DNA from: Synechococcus sp.
GTDB taxonomy: Bacteria; Cyanobacteriota; Cyanobacteriia; Thermostichales; PCC-7336
NCBI GenBank assembly: GCA_051439425.1
Contig: JBFRWD010000105.1
Span: 1-27,712, forward strand
Length of the DNA stretch: 27,712 nt
Direction: 5' to 3'
Shown: piece by piece, positions 18,099 through 27,712 of the stretch
Layout: each line of letters begins with the position of its first letter
Position numbering within the stretch: position 1 is the stretch's first letter
Notes under the pieces: model-generated
Databases searched by the model: none
What the model saw: only the letters and a program-made list of their open reading frames with translations
Told to the model about the DNA's origin: nothing
Position numbers and translations under genes: made by a program

Positions 18099-21000
18099 AT
18101 GCCATCCACTCGATCGATTCAATTTCACCTACGGCAGCTTGTTCCGGGAACCTTAGCTGCGCTGTTTGTGGCCGCAGTCGGAAGCGTCGGAGGCTGGCAA
18201 ACTCCCGAATTTCTGGTTTACAACTGGCAGTTCAGATTGCGAGGGGCACGTCCCTGGAGCGATCGGATTGCCGTCATCGAAATTGACGAACGTTCTCTCC
18301 AGGTACTCGGTCGCTTTCCGCTCGATCGCAGCTACTATGCTGACTTACTTGACATTCTCCAACCCGTCGAACCCGACGTCGTTATTTTCGATATTGCCTT
18401 TTCCGAAAGCGAGCCTCAGGACAACCAGCTCGGCGATCGCATGTCTCAACTGGGGCGGGTCATCATTGCCCAAGCCACCGACTATCAAGGGCGTTTACTT
18501 CTGCCCAGCCCTGCAATCAGTGCCCATGCAGCCGCATTGGGAGACATTAGCAAACTACAGGATAGTGATGGCATTACCCGCAGCGTTCCCCTCTCCCGAA
18601 GGTTTTTCGACGCCACCGCAGAAGAACCAGTAGAGAGCGAGCGCTTACCCACTCTCTCTGTAGCCGCACTGGAGCTTCACAGCTGGTTCGAAGAGCCTGT
18701 AGTGCCATTGCCCAACCTCTCGCAACCCTTGTGGGTGAATTGGCCCAGCACCACACTGACCCTCCCCTCAACGCCGACACGAATATCCGTGTCATTAGCA
18801 GACGTGCTCTCCGGCTCCGTTGCGGCAGAGACGTTTCGCGATCGCTTTGTTTTTGTTGGGGTGACCGCTCGCGGCCTCGACCCGCTCCAAACCCCATTCG
18901 ACCGCACTCCCGAAACCAGCGGTATCTTCATGCATGCCGCCACCCTGAATACCTTGCTGCTGGATAACGAATTGCAGCGACCTCAGTGGTGGATGCGGGT
19001 GCTGATCGGACTCATAGCTGGCCCGGTGTTTGGCTGGGCGATCGCGCCCTACTCGGCACGGCGGCGACTGGTCTTGGGGGGCGCAGCCATTGGCCTCTGG
19101 ATGCCGATCGCCATTCTGGGCTTTCAGTGGCAGCATTGGTGGTTGCCAGTGGCATGGCCCGTGTCGCTGCTCGTGCTATCAACCACAGCCGCAGAGCTGG
19201 GGGTACGACTGGCGACGAATCGACGGTTGGAAGGCCAGCTCAAGCAGTTATGGGCCAGCTACGGGGAAGATCTGATTCAGCACAGCCCGCTGCCCCTCAA
19301 TATTGCGGAAACCTCCGAGCGGATGGCCGATGACACAGTCTCTCAATTGACGACGTTGGCTGCCGCATTCGGACGCTCGCAATCCGCGCAAGCGGCCATT
19401 TCCAGCAGCCTACCGATTGGGTTGCTGGCCACGGATTTAGACGGAATCGTGTGGTTTTGCAATCCCGTTGCTGCAGAGGTGTTGTCCGTTCAGGAGGGCG
19501 ATCGGCTGGGAGCAGCGCTTGTACCGGAATGGACAACAGCCGAAGCGTGGCTGCAGCGCTGGCAATCCCTAGCCGATGGATTTCACGGCGAATCGTGGGA
19601 AGTCAAACGATTGGGCCATTGGTTCGATCTCAAAGTGGAACCGCTGTTGGCTCAAACCGGCGGTATGTCTGGAATCTTGCTGGTGTTGGAAGACACCACG
19701 ACCAGCCGGGAGTTGCAAGAACAGTTGGTAATGCAAAATCGCGAGCTGGAGTTAGCTCGTCAAGAAGCAGAAGCCGCCACCCACATGAAGAGTGCCTTTT
19801 TGGCCAACATGAGTCACGAAATTCGCACCCCCATGAATGCAGTCGTGGGATTGGCAGGACTGCTGCTGGAGACTCAGCTCAACCCAGAACAACAGGATTT
19901 CATCCGCACCATTCGATCGAGTGGCGATACGCTGCTGAGCATCATCAACGAAATTCTGGATTTTTCGAAGCTAGAAGCCAAATCCGTTCGGCTAGAAAGC
20001 GTGGAGTTCCACCTGTTGCCCTGTATCGAGGCCGTGGCCGATTTGTTGGCCACACAAGCATATGCCAAAGACTTAGATGTCGTGGTGCGGGTCAACCCCG
20101 ACGTCCCCCCCCTGGTAGTGGGCGATCCCACTCGCATCGGCCAAATTCTCACAAATTTGATGGGAAATGCCATCAAGTTCACCGCTTCCGGTCACGTCAC
20201 TCTGGAGGTGCAGGTACTGGAGCAATTGCACGAAACACCCACCGAGCCAGAACTGGCCACTCTGCACTTTGCCGTTAGAGATACCGGGATTGGCATCGAC
20301 CCCAAAGCACAACACACCCTCTTCGAGTCCTTTTCTCAAGCCGATGCTTCTACCACCCGCAAATACGGCGGTACTGGATTAGGACTGTCCATTTGTAAGG
20401 GCTTGGTGGATCTGATGGGAGGAACAATTGGCGTAGATAGTACGCCGGGAGAGGGTTCGACGTTTTGGTTCCAACTGACGCTGCCGGTGAGTGCTGCCGG
20501 TGGAACGCTGGAGACCAGCAGCCATCAGCAGTGGTTGCAGAACGTACCGTTATGGATTGCCACAGATTGCCAGACTGTCGGGGATGCGATCGCTGAATGG
20601 GGCAAATACTGGGGGATGCAAGTGACACTTAGCGATCGCTCTACCGCGATGGCTCGGCTCGAACGGGTTAGAAGCACCCCGAATACAGCAGCCCCTCATA
20701 AAGCAACCTCGAATACAGCAACCCCTGATAAAGCAATCCCAAAGACAGCAATCTCGGATGACATAGAGAGCTGGACCGGTATTGTGGCGATCGATTTAGA
20801 TTGGAAGCGGGCAGAGGATTGGATCGACACACTGCATGCCATTCCCCCCAATCGTCGCCCTGGCTGCATTGGCTTAGCACCGCTCACTCGCCAAGAACGC
20901 ACTAAAGCTTGGGTGAAGTCAGGACACCTCGATGCCACTATTGCCAAACCCGTCAAACCCGAGCGCATCCTAAATGCGCTCTTGCAGATCGTTCGTCCCG

Positions 21001-21431
21001 AGGCTCAACCGCGATCGCCTGAACCGAAATCCAGACCATCGTCTCCCCCGCCAGCGAGCTTACGCATCCTCTTAGCTGAAGATAATCGGGTCAATCAGAA
21101 AGTGGCACTGCGCCAGTTAAAGACCTTAGGCCACGATGCTGAAGTGGCGAACAATGGGGAGGAAGTCATGACCGCCCTAACATCGCAAGAGTTTGACCTG
21201 ATACTGATGGATTGTCAGATGCCGGTGATGGACGGATACGAGGCGACCCTCACTATCCGGGAGCAAGAAGCAGGAGAACAGCGGATTCCAATTATTGCGA
21301 TGACGGCCAGTGCGTTGGAGGACGATCGCGATCGGTGTTTGGCGGTAGGAATGGATGACTTTCTCTCTAAACCCGTTCGCAAACGAGATCTACAAGCAGT
21401 GCTGCAGAAATGGGGCCAGTCTCAGACGTGA
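18099..21431 (+). CDS. CHASE2-domain hybrid sensor histidine kinase (CHASE2-TM-PAS-HisKA-HATPase-atypical REC-REC)
   Basis: [25 protein letters not shown], 3 TM helices, [56 protein letters not shown]. Confidence 0.93.
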   Translation: MPSTRSIQFHLRQLVPGTLAALFVAAVGSVGGWQTPEFLVYNWQFRLRGARPWSDRIAVIEIDERSLQVLGRFPLDRSYYADLLDILQPVEPDVVIFDIAFSESEPQDNQLGDRMSQLGRVIIAQATDYQGRLLLPSPAISAHAAALGDISKLQDSDGITRSVPLSRRFFDATAEEPVESERLPTLSVAALELHSWFEEPVVPLPNLSQPLWVNWPSTTLTLPSTPTRISVSLADVLSGSVAAETFRDRFVFVGVTARGLDPLQTPFDRTPETSGIFMHAATLNTLLLDNELQRPQWWMRVLIGLIAGPVFGWAIAPYSARRRLVLGGAAIGLWMPIAILGFQWQHWWLPVAWPVSLLVLSTTAAELGVRLATNRRLEGQLKQLWASYGEDLIQHSPLPLNIAETSERMADDTVSQLTTLAAAFGRSQSAQAAISSSLPIGLLATDLDGIVWFCNPVAAEVLSVQEGDRLGAALVPEWTTAEAWLQRWQSLADGFHGESWEVKRLGHWFDLKVEPLLAQTGGMSGILLVLEDTTTSRELQEQLVMQNRELELARQEAEAATHMKSAFLANMSHEIRTPMNAVVGLAGLLLETQLNPEQQDFIRTIRSSGDTLLSIINEILDFSKLEAKSVRLESVEFHLLPCIEAVADLLATQAYAKDLDVVVRVNPDVPPLVVGDPTRIGQILTNLMGNAIKFTASGHVTLEVQVLEQLHETPTEPELATLHFAVRDTGIGIDPKAQHTLFESFSQADASTTRKYGGTGLGLSICKGLVDLMGGTIGVDSTPGEGSTFWFQLTLPVSAAGGTLETSSHQQWLQNVPLWIATDCQTVGDAIAEWGKYWGMQVTLSDRSTAMARLERVRSTPNTAAPHKATSNTATPDKAIPKTAISDDIESWTGIVAIDLDWKRAEDWIDTLHAIPPNRRPGCIGLAPLTRQERTKAWVKSGHLDATIAKPVKPERILNALLQIVRPEAQPRSPEPKSRPSSPPPASLRILLAEDNRVNQKVALRQLKTLGHDAEVANNGEEVMTALTSQEFDLILMDCQMPVMDGYEATLTIREQEAGEQRIPIIAMTASALEDDRDRCLAVGMDDFLSKPVRKRDLQAVLQKWGQSQT
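20673..20762 (+). repeat. 15-bp coding tandem repeat x6
   Basis: Encodes [30 protein letters not shown], with visible 30-bp periodicity. Confidence 0.8.
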
Positions 21432-21493
21432 GAGGAGAGGGAATCCCTGACCCCCAACCGCCTTTCCCCCATCGGTTTTCGTCGAGCTGGCAT

Positions 21494-22531
21494 TCAGTTA
21501 CGGGGTTGCCAGATCACCACCACCGCGTAGTTTTCCAAAAAGCGATCGCGCTCGTTTTGATTGCGCAACGCCCAAGCATCCTGGTTGGAAATCACCAAAT
21601 CGTACCCTTGAGTGCGTTGCGCAGCGATCGTATGCGGGCGCTCCCCAATCCGATTCACTAACTCGCGAGCTTGCGCCTCATCCGTCACAAATAGAGCCGT
21701 ACCGTTAACAGCCACCTGCGATGCATTCAACTGGCGATTAGTGCTGGGGGTGGTGTATACCTGATTCCCATCTGGATCGAAGAGCCGCATCGACATGCTG
21801 GGTAAAAAGTCCAATTGACGAGCATCCACAATCAATCCGGTGATCTGAGGAATGTAATCTCGTCGCGTTTGCACCGGCCCCTCTCCTCCCGGAGCCCCCT
21901 GCCCCGATTCTCCGGTGCCACCGCCATCCCCAATAGTCGAGCCATCTCCTGCGCCTGATGGTGAACCCGAACCGCTACCATTCCTGGGACCGCTGCCATC
22001 CTGCCCTACTCCCTCGCGATCGGTACCGCTGCCATCCCCTGCGGACGCGTCATTCGGATCGCTATCACGATTCGAGCCGCTATCATCTCCGCTCAACCCT
22101 CCACTGCCAGCTCCATCGCTTGGACCTTGCTGAACGCCAATATCCAGTTCAAATGTCGGTTGGTTACCGAAGGCAGAATCGCTTGAATCTGAATCTTCAT
22201 AAAACCCAGAAGAATCTTGCTCTTGCAATCGGTCAGAACGAGAGACCGCACTACCCGCGTTTGAGTTGGAGTTGTCTTCAGTCGAAGCACCTCCTTCGCC
22301 AGATTCACCTAGATTGGATTCAAGCTCAGCAGCCTCGGAATTCTCCAGCCAGCGATCTAAACGGCCCACCTCCACTTCGACCTGTCCTTGAGTATCGGCA
22401 ACTTGTCCTTGGGCAACTGCACTAGAGTCGTCACGAGAAGATTGAGCATACGCACCGCCTCCCAATAGCAGCGACAGGGCAAAAACTGCAGTGGAGGCAG
22501 ACAATCGTAGCCCGACAGATGATGCAGACAT
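21494..22531 (-). CDS. Secreted protein with Gly/Ser/Asp-rich linker and conserved-looking C-terminal domain
   Basis: Signal peptide ending AYA/Q. C-terminal TGLIVDARQL..PSMSMRLFDPDG..VY..RIGERP..DLVISNQDA..FLENYAVVVI resembles, from recall, the C-terminal domain of LPP20-type lipoproteins. Confidence 0.75.
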   Translation of the reverse strand: MSASSVGLRLSASTAVFALSLLLGGGAYAQSSRDDSSAVAQGQVADTQGQVEVEVGRLDRWLENSEAAELESNLGESGEGGASTEDNSNSNAGSAVSRSDRLQEQDSSGFYEDSDSSDSAFGNQPTFELDIGVQQGPSDGAGSGGLSGDDSGSNRDSDPNDASAGDGSGTDREGVGQDGSGPRNGSGSGSPSGAGDGSTIGDGGGTGESGQGAPGGEGPVQTRRDYIPQITGLIVDARQLDFLPSMSMRLFDPDGNQVYTTPSTNRQLNASQVAVNGTALFVTDEAQARELVNRIGERPHTIAAQRTQGYDLVISNQDAWALRNQNERDRFLENYAVVVIWQPRN

Positions 22532-22936
22532 GGTAGAAATACGATGGACGTTCCGGTGGGATGGTCCTTGCTATGTCTTGGATATCGCGCAACTGGAGAT
22601 GTCTTCAGGTTGTGAGTGAGTGAAGTAACGAGTCAGGTCGACACACCAACGGCTGACGATCGCAAATGGCAAGGGCGATCGCTACCCATGGTATCGGCTC
22701 TATTTCTGCTGGGTAGGCTGATGTCCGCAAATACCACTGGAAATGTTGCCCTTGCAACCTGCTGTTGCACCTGCAGTAGATCGATAGCGCTTTTCATTTC
22801 AGTTAGGACATTCAACTCGTAGATACAGACAGGGATTGCCGTAGCTGAAATGTCCTCAGTCATGGGGTCACCGCCCTATCTACTCTGCGGAAATCTGTTG
22901 AGTACCTTCCAAACTTCGTGCCAGCCCCTGCCATCC

Positions 22937-23656
22937 ATGACGACTAGGCCATCCCCATCCACCCGCACTCGGCATCCCATTCGCTCGATTTTGGTGGAAG
23001 ACCATGAACCCGTCCGTGCGGTTGTCCGGTCGGTATTGTCTCAGGTTGACGGCTTTGAGTTAGCTGCCGAGTTTGTGACCGGAACCGCCAGCCTAGAACA
23101 GTTGAACGTCCTGCAGCCAGATTTAGCCATCGTCAATATTGGCCTGCCGGATATGGACGGTATCGAGCTGACCAAACAAGCAAAGGTCCGCTGTCCTCAC
23201 CTACTAGTACTGATTTTGACAGGGAGCACTCGCGAAGAGTCCGTACTGGAAGCGTTCTCTGCGGGAGCAGATGGTTATTGCCTCAAAGAGTTCGTCGCCG
23301 ACAATCTGGTCCTGGCATTGGAACAGTTGAATGCAGGGCACGCTTGGATCGATCCGGCGATCGCCCATGTGGTTCTCGATCGGGTTCGCAGCGAGGCTGA
23401 TGAGCCCGATACTGTCACCATTGCCGCAGCAGATGCCGCACTTTCGGAACAGTTGGAGGAGTCGCCGCTAACCGAACGGGAATTAGAAGTTCTCGAAAAA
23501 ATTGTCGACGGATACAGCAATGCCGCGATCGCAGAAGAGTTCCAAATTGGCATGGGCACCGTCAAAACCCACGTGCGCAACCTACTGCAGAAGCTAAAAG
23601 CCAGCGATCGAACTCAAGCTGCCGTGCGCGCCCTTAGAACCGGCTTAGTAAAATAA
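22937..23656 (+). CDS. NarL/LuxR-family response regulator (atypical receiver)
   Basis: ILVEDH, PDLAIVNIGLPDMDG, LILT, GADGYCLK, LTERELEVL..GYSN..IA..TVKTHVRNLLQKL..DRTQAA. ATG 22937 chosen. Confidence 0.92.
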   Translation: MTTRPSPSTRTRHPIRSILVEDHEPVRAVVRSVLSQVDGFELAAEFVTGTASLEQLNVLQPDLAIVNIGLPDMDGIELTKQAKVRCPHLLVLILTGSTREESVLEAFSAGADGYCLKEFVADNLVLALEQLNAGHAWIDPAIAHVVLDRVRSEADEPDTVTIAAADAALSEQLEESPLTERELEVLEKIVDGYSNAAIAEEFQIGMGTVKTHVRNLLQKLKASDRTQAAVRALRTGLVK

Positions 23657-23657
23657 A

Positions 23658-23705
23658 CATCCTTTCAACAGGCCATCATTTTCAACAACCATCCCTTCAA
23701 CCAAC
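23658..23705. repeat. 16-bp imperfect tandem repeat x3
   Basis: catcctttcaacaggc, catcattttcaacaac, catcccttcaaccaac. Confidence 0.65.
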
Positions 23706-23795
23706 AAATCATTGCAGTTCGGCAGTGGAACGGTACCAAGCTCTCCGCACACGATTAGAATTAGTCCGAACTATCTCCATCTCTAACACTGCCTT

Positions 23796-24833
23796 ATGAC
23801 CGTTCAGTCTCCGGCAACAGACCTGTGGCCTCAACTTCTCCAGCAACTGCTCGATCGCCAATCCCTCTCCGAAGCGCAGGCGGAGCAATTGATGAACGGC
23901 TGGCTGAATGGAGACGTTCCGGATGTAACCTCAGGAGCATTACTAGCCGCGTTACAGGCCAAAGGGGTGACCGCGCCCGAACTGGCAGGTATGGCTCGCG
24001 TCCTACAGCGGGCATCCAAAGGCGATCCTCTCAACTTACCGGTATTGGTAGACACCTGCGGAACAGGCGGTGACGGAGCCGGAACCTTCAATATTTCCAC
24101 AGCAGTTGCGTTTGTGGTCAGTGCTGCCGGGATTCCGGTGGCCAAACATGGCAACCGATCGGCCTCCAGCAAAGTGGGCTCGGCCGATGTGTTGGAAGCG
24201 TTAGGGGTAAATCTGCAGGCGGATGGCGATCGCATTCGGTCGGCAGTCAACGACGTGGGCATTACCTTTCTATTTGCTCCGGGTTGGCACCCCGCCATGA
24301 AAGCGGTAGTGCCTTATCGCAAAACACTAAAAGTGCGCACCATCTTTAATTTGCTGGGACCGCTCGTCAATCCACTGGGCCCCACCGGTCAAGTGGTGGG
24401 AGTCTACAGTCCCGATCTAGTGGGCACAATCGCCGAGGCGTTTCAGTTATTGGGCTGCCAACGTGCCATTGCGCTGCACGGTCGCGAAGGTTTGGACGAA
24501 GCGGGACTGGAAGCCCCCACCGATCTCGCCGTGCTCGACAGCGGTCAGGTTGCGACTGAGGTTCTCGATCCGCAGTCTTTGGGATTACAACCAGCAACCT
24601 TGAGCGATTTGAAAGGGGGAGAAGTCGCAGAAAACTCCGCCATCATGACTGCCGTTCTCCAAGGACGAGCCACCACAGCCCAAACCGAGGCAGTCGCCCT
24701 CAATGCTGCCCTTGCCCTTTGGGTAGCGGGAGATGTAGACGATTGGGCTGCTGGCGTGCAAAAAGCGAAAACCATTCTGGCCAGAGGAGCTGCGTGGGAA
24801 CGGTTGACCGCTCTCGTAGACTACTTAGGATAG
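23796..24833 (+). CDS. trpD: Anthranilate phosphoribosyltransferase
   Basis: [67 protein letters not shown]. Confidence 0.97.
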   Translation: MTVQSPATDLWPQLLQQLLDRQSLSEAQAEQLMNGWLNGDVPDVTSGALLAALQAKGVTAPELAGMARVLQRASKGDPLNLPVLVDTCGTGGDGAGTFNISTAVAFVVSAAGIPVAKHGNRSASSKVGSADVLEALGVNLQADGDRIRSAVNDVGITFLFAPGWHPAMKAVVPYRKTLKVRTIFNLLGPLVNPLGPTGQVVGVYSPDLVGTIAEAFQLLGCQRAIALHGREGLDEAGLEAPTDLAVLDSGQVATEVLDPQSLGLQPATLSDLKGGEVAENSAIMTAVLQGRATTAQTEAVALNAALALWVAGDVDDWAAGVQKAKTILARGAAWERLTALVDYLG

Positions 24834-25025
24834 CGACTCCAAACAAAACATGACTCCAGAACATAACGGTAGCAGGCAGATCAGCTCGATCGGCAGGAAC
24901 AAATATCGAGCAGAAGAATGTCTTGGTGTGCCCAGCAGTTCTGCGTAACTTTCTCCGGGCAAGACGCAAAAGACTACCGTGTCACTTCTCGAGCATGTAT
25001 TATTGGTTGCTAATCAAGCGATCGA

Positions 25026-26207
25026 ATGCGCATGTCTTTCACGCTTCCAGCCAATTCGTACTGCCCAACAGCATCCACCCCATCCCTACCTTGGCGGCCA
25101 AAAGTTCCGCTATTTTTCTCTGCCACCCCCATTCCCCATAAAGCACCATTCAATCTATCCGCCTGTCATTGCCCGACTCGATCGCCACAGCCATCCCAAG
25201 ATAGCGAGCCGCTTGCAGCGGTTTCCCCTGCATCAGACCAGATTCCAGTGGCAACTCACATAGCAGTGTCTCCGGAACCCAGTTCCATTGCTGAGCCAGC
25301 TCCGCAAGCGGCAGCCGCGATCGGGGTCGGAGCGCTTGCGGTTGCAGGCGCAGTTGTATCCACGGGGGCAGGAGCGATTGTAGACTCACCGGTTACCTCC
25401 CAACCTGTTGGCTCGAATAGTCCAGAAATCCCCCCCTCGGAAACAGACGTATTAACAGAAGTATCAGAGGCAGAGGCACTAGAGAAAGAGTCACCAGTAC
25501 GCACAAAGTTATCCAGCCCGACCCCCATTCCTCCTCATCTGCTCAGCCCTATTCCCCCCAGCCGCCCTTCCGTACCGGCGTCTTTCCTCAATGAAGGAAA
25601 CATCGATGGTCCGGACAGTGCTAGAGAGTCCTCCATGTCAGTTGAAGAGCCCCTCTCTCCCCCTTCAACCGCTCGTACGGACGAGGATGAGCTAAACGAC
25701 ATTGAAGGAGACTATTTAGATGGGGCAGAAGAGCTAGCGAGTGTAACATCGTTTGGCGATATCGAGCCTGCTCCTGAGGTTCGGGTGACAGCCAAAACTT
25801 CAGAGCCAGGCCGCGAGACAGCATTTCTGGATGCGCTTGAATACAGACCCGTGGTTGTGATGGGAGAGGTTGTTGACGAGAGCGTCCTCAACTTGCCTGC
25901 CAATGCCAATACATCCGCCGCGCTCTGGGAAGAAGACGTAGCCCCCTCAACATCTGCCGATGCCATGGCTTTGGGGAAAGGACCTCTAACTGCAACCACA
26001 GATTCTAGTGCGAGCAGCGTCGTACCCAACCCAGACAGGCTTGGAGAGCCTAACCCACCAGGGAATTCGTTGGGGAAATTCCTCGGCGGATTTCTCGTTT
26101 GTTTTGCAATTGTTGGTGCCCTCATATTTTTGGGTGTCCGGGTCCTGCCGAGCATAGGACCAAACAATTCGGACCCACTCCCTGAATCAACAATAGAAAC
26201 CGAATAG
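25026..26207 (+). CDS. Hypothetical Pro/Ser/Glu-rich disordered protein with C-terminal TM anchor
   Basis: 393-aa ORF of low complexity with FLGGFLVCFAIVGALIFLGV near the C-terminus. Start uncertain (ATG 25032 possible). Confidence 0.7.
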   Translation: MRMSFTLPANSYCPTASTPSLPWRPKVPLFFSATPIPHKAPFNLSACHCPTRSPQPSQDSEPLAAVSPASDQIPVATHIAVSPEPSSIAEPAPQAAAAIGVGALAVAGAVVSTGAGAIVDSPVTSQPVGSNSPEIPPSETDVLTEVSEAEALEKESPVRTKLSSPTPIPPHLLSPIPPSRPSVPASFLNEGNIDGPDSARESSMSVEEPLSPPSTARTDEDELNDIEGDYLDGAEELASVTSFGDIEPAPEVRVTAKTSEPGRETAFLDALEYRPVVVMGEVVDESVLNLPANANTSAALWEEDVAPSTSADAMALGKGPLTATTDSSASSVVPNPDRLGEPNPPGNSLGKFLGGFLVCFAIVGALIFLGVRVLPSIGPNNSDPLPESTIETE

Positions 26208-26217
26208 CCCCCAAAGA

Positions 26218-26268
26218 AATAGAGAGCCAAACAGAATAGAGAGTCGGGCAGAGTAGAGAGTCAGGCAG
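26218..26268. repeat. 17-bp imperfect tandem repeat x3
   Basis: aatagagagccaaacag, aatagagagtcgggcag, agtagagagtcaggcag. Confidence 0.8.
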
Positions 26269-26285
26269 ACAGGTATGAGCAACCA

Positions 26286-27230
26286 CTAAGTGGAGGGCAT
26301 CCCGCTCACCATCGCCACATCGTCCCCCTGATGGGACTCCGCCCACGCCCTTAGCGTTTCCAAAAATGCAAATGCCGCTGGCGTCAGTAGCCCATCTTTC
26401 AAAACCGCTCCACCAATAATCCGCTCCAGCTTGACCGGCAAGCTACAGATTTGAACACCGGGAGGAATGGGGTCAGCGGCTAGGCGCGGCAAAATAGCTG
26501 CCCCGAGCCCTCGCACCACCATCTGAACGCTAGTACTGTCTTCACGAAACCGATAAACCGGGTTCCAGGGTTGTTGGTGCAGTTCAAAGTGCTTGCGCAG
26601 AATGAAGCTACAACTGTCCGCTTCAGGCGGAATAATCAAGGGATATTGTGCCAGTTGCTCCCAACTAAGGTGGGGGGATGACAGTCGGGGAGTAGGGGGC
26701 AAAAGGACAACATACTCATCCCGAAGAATTTCCCAAATGTCAAACTCTGAGGGGCAGGGCATGTATGTAAATCCAACATCAACAGCCCCTTCTTTCAGAA
26801 TGCGATTGACGTTCGGAAAGTCGTGCAGCTCGGTAATTGCCACCGAAATATCGGGATATAACTTCTGGAACTGTGCCATCACTTTCGGCAATACGTGGGT
26901 GGCGACGCTGCGGAAGGTGGCGACTCGCACCTGCCCCCCTTGCAAGCCTTTATGTAGGTTGGCGGCTTGCACTAGATCTCCCACATCCAGCAGGATGCTG
27001 CGGGCTTTAGCCACAATGGTTTCGCCGGCAGGAGTCAGATGGGCTCCGTGACGTCCGCGCGACAGTAATTGCACTCCCAACTCGTTTTCCAGAGTGGCGA
27101 TCGCATGGCTTACGGCAGACTGAGACACCTCTAGCTGCAGCGCGGCTTCGCTAAAGTTACGACACTCCGCCACCGCCACCAGTGCTCGTAGCTGCGACAA
27201 TTTAATGCGGTTGAGTTTCAGGCCGCCCAT
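26286..27230 (-). CDS. LysR-family transcriptional regulator
   Basis: QLRALVAVAECRNFSEAALQLEVSQSAVSHAIATLENELGVQLLSR..LTPAG HTH; LPKVMAQFQKLYPDI; GLGAAILPRL. Confidence 0.96.
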   Translation of the reverse strand: MGGLKLNRIKLSQLRALVAVAECRNFSEAALQLEVSQSAVSHAIATLENELGVQLLSRGRHGAHLTPAGETIVAKARSILLDVGDLVQAANLHKGLQGGQVRVATFRSVATHVLPKVMAQFQKLYPDISVAITELHDFPNVNRILKEGAVDVGFTYMPCPSEFDIWEILRDEYVVLLPPTPRLSSPHLSWEQLAQYPLIIPPEADSCSFILRKHFELHQQPWNPVYRFREDSTSVQMVVRGLGAAILPRLAADPIPPGVQICSLPVKLERIIGGAVLKDGLLTPAAFAFLETLRAWAESHQGDDVAMVSGMPST

Positions 27231-27303
27231 AGTGGCAGTCCTCCCGCATGAAGCATTCAGTTTTGGTTTGGCAGCATCTTAGCGGCTAGCACAGGATAAT
27301 CAT

Positions 27304-27318
27304 ATGAATTTTTCTCAT
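27304..27318. promoter_or_regulatory. Putative LysR T-N11-A binding site
   Basis: atgaatttttctcat (ATGA-N7-TCAT dyad), about 75 bp upstream of the LysR start. Confidence 0.55.
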
Positions 27319-27400
27319 GCAAACCATTGATAAAAGCGATCGCACAACAGATGAACAAGGTTAGTTGACGACATCCGTACACACGCACCACAAAGGCCAG

Positions 27401-27712
27401 GGTACTGTTGCAAAAACTTGAAAGTAGACAAATAGTCTAAGTGCTGCCTGCATTTTTATACAGCAATCCCAAAGAGCTGATTGATGAAGTTTATCTGAGC
27501 AACAACGTCTCCCCTAGCAAAACAATCAAGCTGTTCCTTGCGAATCATGTTAATAGTTTCCTATCCCCTGAGAGTTCGTTGAGCACTCCAGAAGTTCTTG
27601 AAATACTGGCTAGCTTTGACTCTCCAGCGAACAAATCGGCGATCTTGCTCCACTATGTTGTTTGGGTATTTGACTGGGCGATGGGTGCAGTTCTCTGGAA
27701 GTTCTCCTGACT
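27401..27712 (-). mobile_element. IS6-family insertion sequence, right end (truncated by the window edge)
   Basis: ggtactgttgcaaa at 27401-27414 matches the IS26 terminal IR GGCACTGTTGCAAA at 13/14. Transposase C-terminus lies on the minus strand. Confidence 0.9.
27456..27710 (-). pseudogene. IS6-family DDE transposase, 3' part with premature stop
   Basis: Manual translation: SGELPENCTHRPVKYPNNIVEQDRRFVRWRVKASQYFKNFWSAQRTLRG*ETINMIRKEQLDCFARGDVVAQINFINQLFGIAV*. In-frame TAG at 27561-27563. Confidence 0.88.

Larger units (their letters stand above)
82..27343. repeat. HIP1 octamer GCGATCGC, dispersed
   Basis: More than 30 copies counted by eye, e.g. 82, 4049, 5553, 12333, 12411, 17163, 21011, 27336. 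Confidence 0.95.

Noticed and set aside
19451..20278. 275-aa alternative-frame ORF inside the histidine kinase
   Set aside because: Arg/Ser-rich off-frame translation that fully overlaps the conserved kinase core.
25712..26230. 172-aa minus-strand ORF
   Set aside because: Antisense to the longer 393-aa ORF and has no motifs.
27441..27710. 89-aa plus-strand ORF
   Set aside because: Antisense shadow of the IS6 transposase remnant.

Overview
Cyanobacterial chromosomal segment, judged from more than 30 HIP1 GCGATCGC octamers counted by eye, a cyAbrB gene and a fused cobA-hemD gene. It is mostly housekeeping and accessory genes. In order: HEXXH metalloprotease-like protein, HpnI-like glycosyltransferase, divergent nagZ/anmK, small membrane protein, cobA-hemD, cyAbrB, flavin reductase, MOSC protein, NahK-like sugar kinase, gamma-glutamyltransferase, comEC, maf, a small unknown gene behind two Fur-like boxes, CHASE2 hybrid histidine kinase, secreted low-complexity protein, NarL-type regulator, trpD, a tail-anchored disordered protein and a LysR regulator. 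The window ends in a decayed IS6-family element that the ORF track missed. No CRISPR array, rRNA or tRNA was recognised, and no clearly complete novel multi-gene system is evident. Best leads: (1) a family of small TAT(A/G)GCAATCC-ended inverted-repeat elements, two of which flank comEC and one of which supplies its stop codon; (2) a probably iron-repressed promoter driving a long leader and an unknown 104-aa protein; (3) a response regulator with Asn at the phosphoacceptor position; (4) a loose amino-sugar recycling gene neighbourhood.
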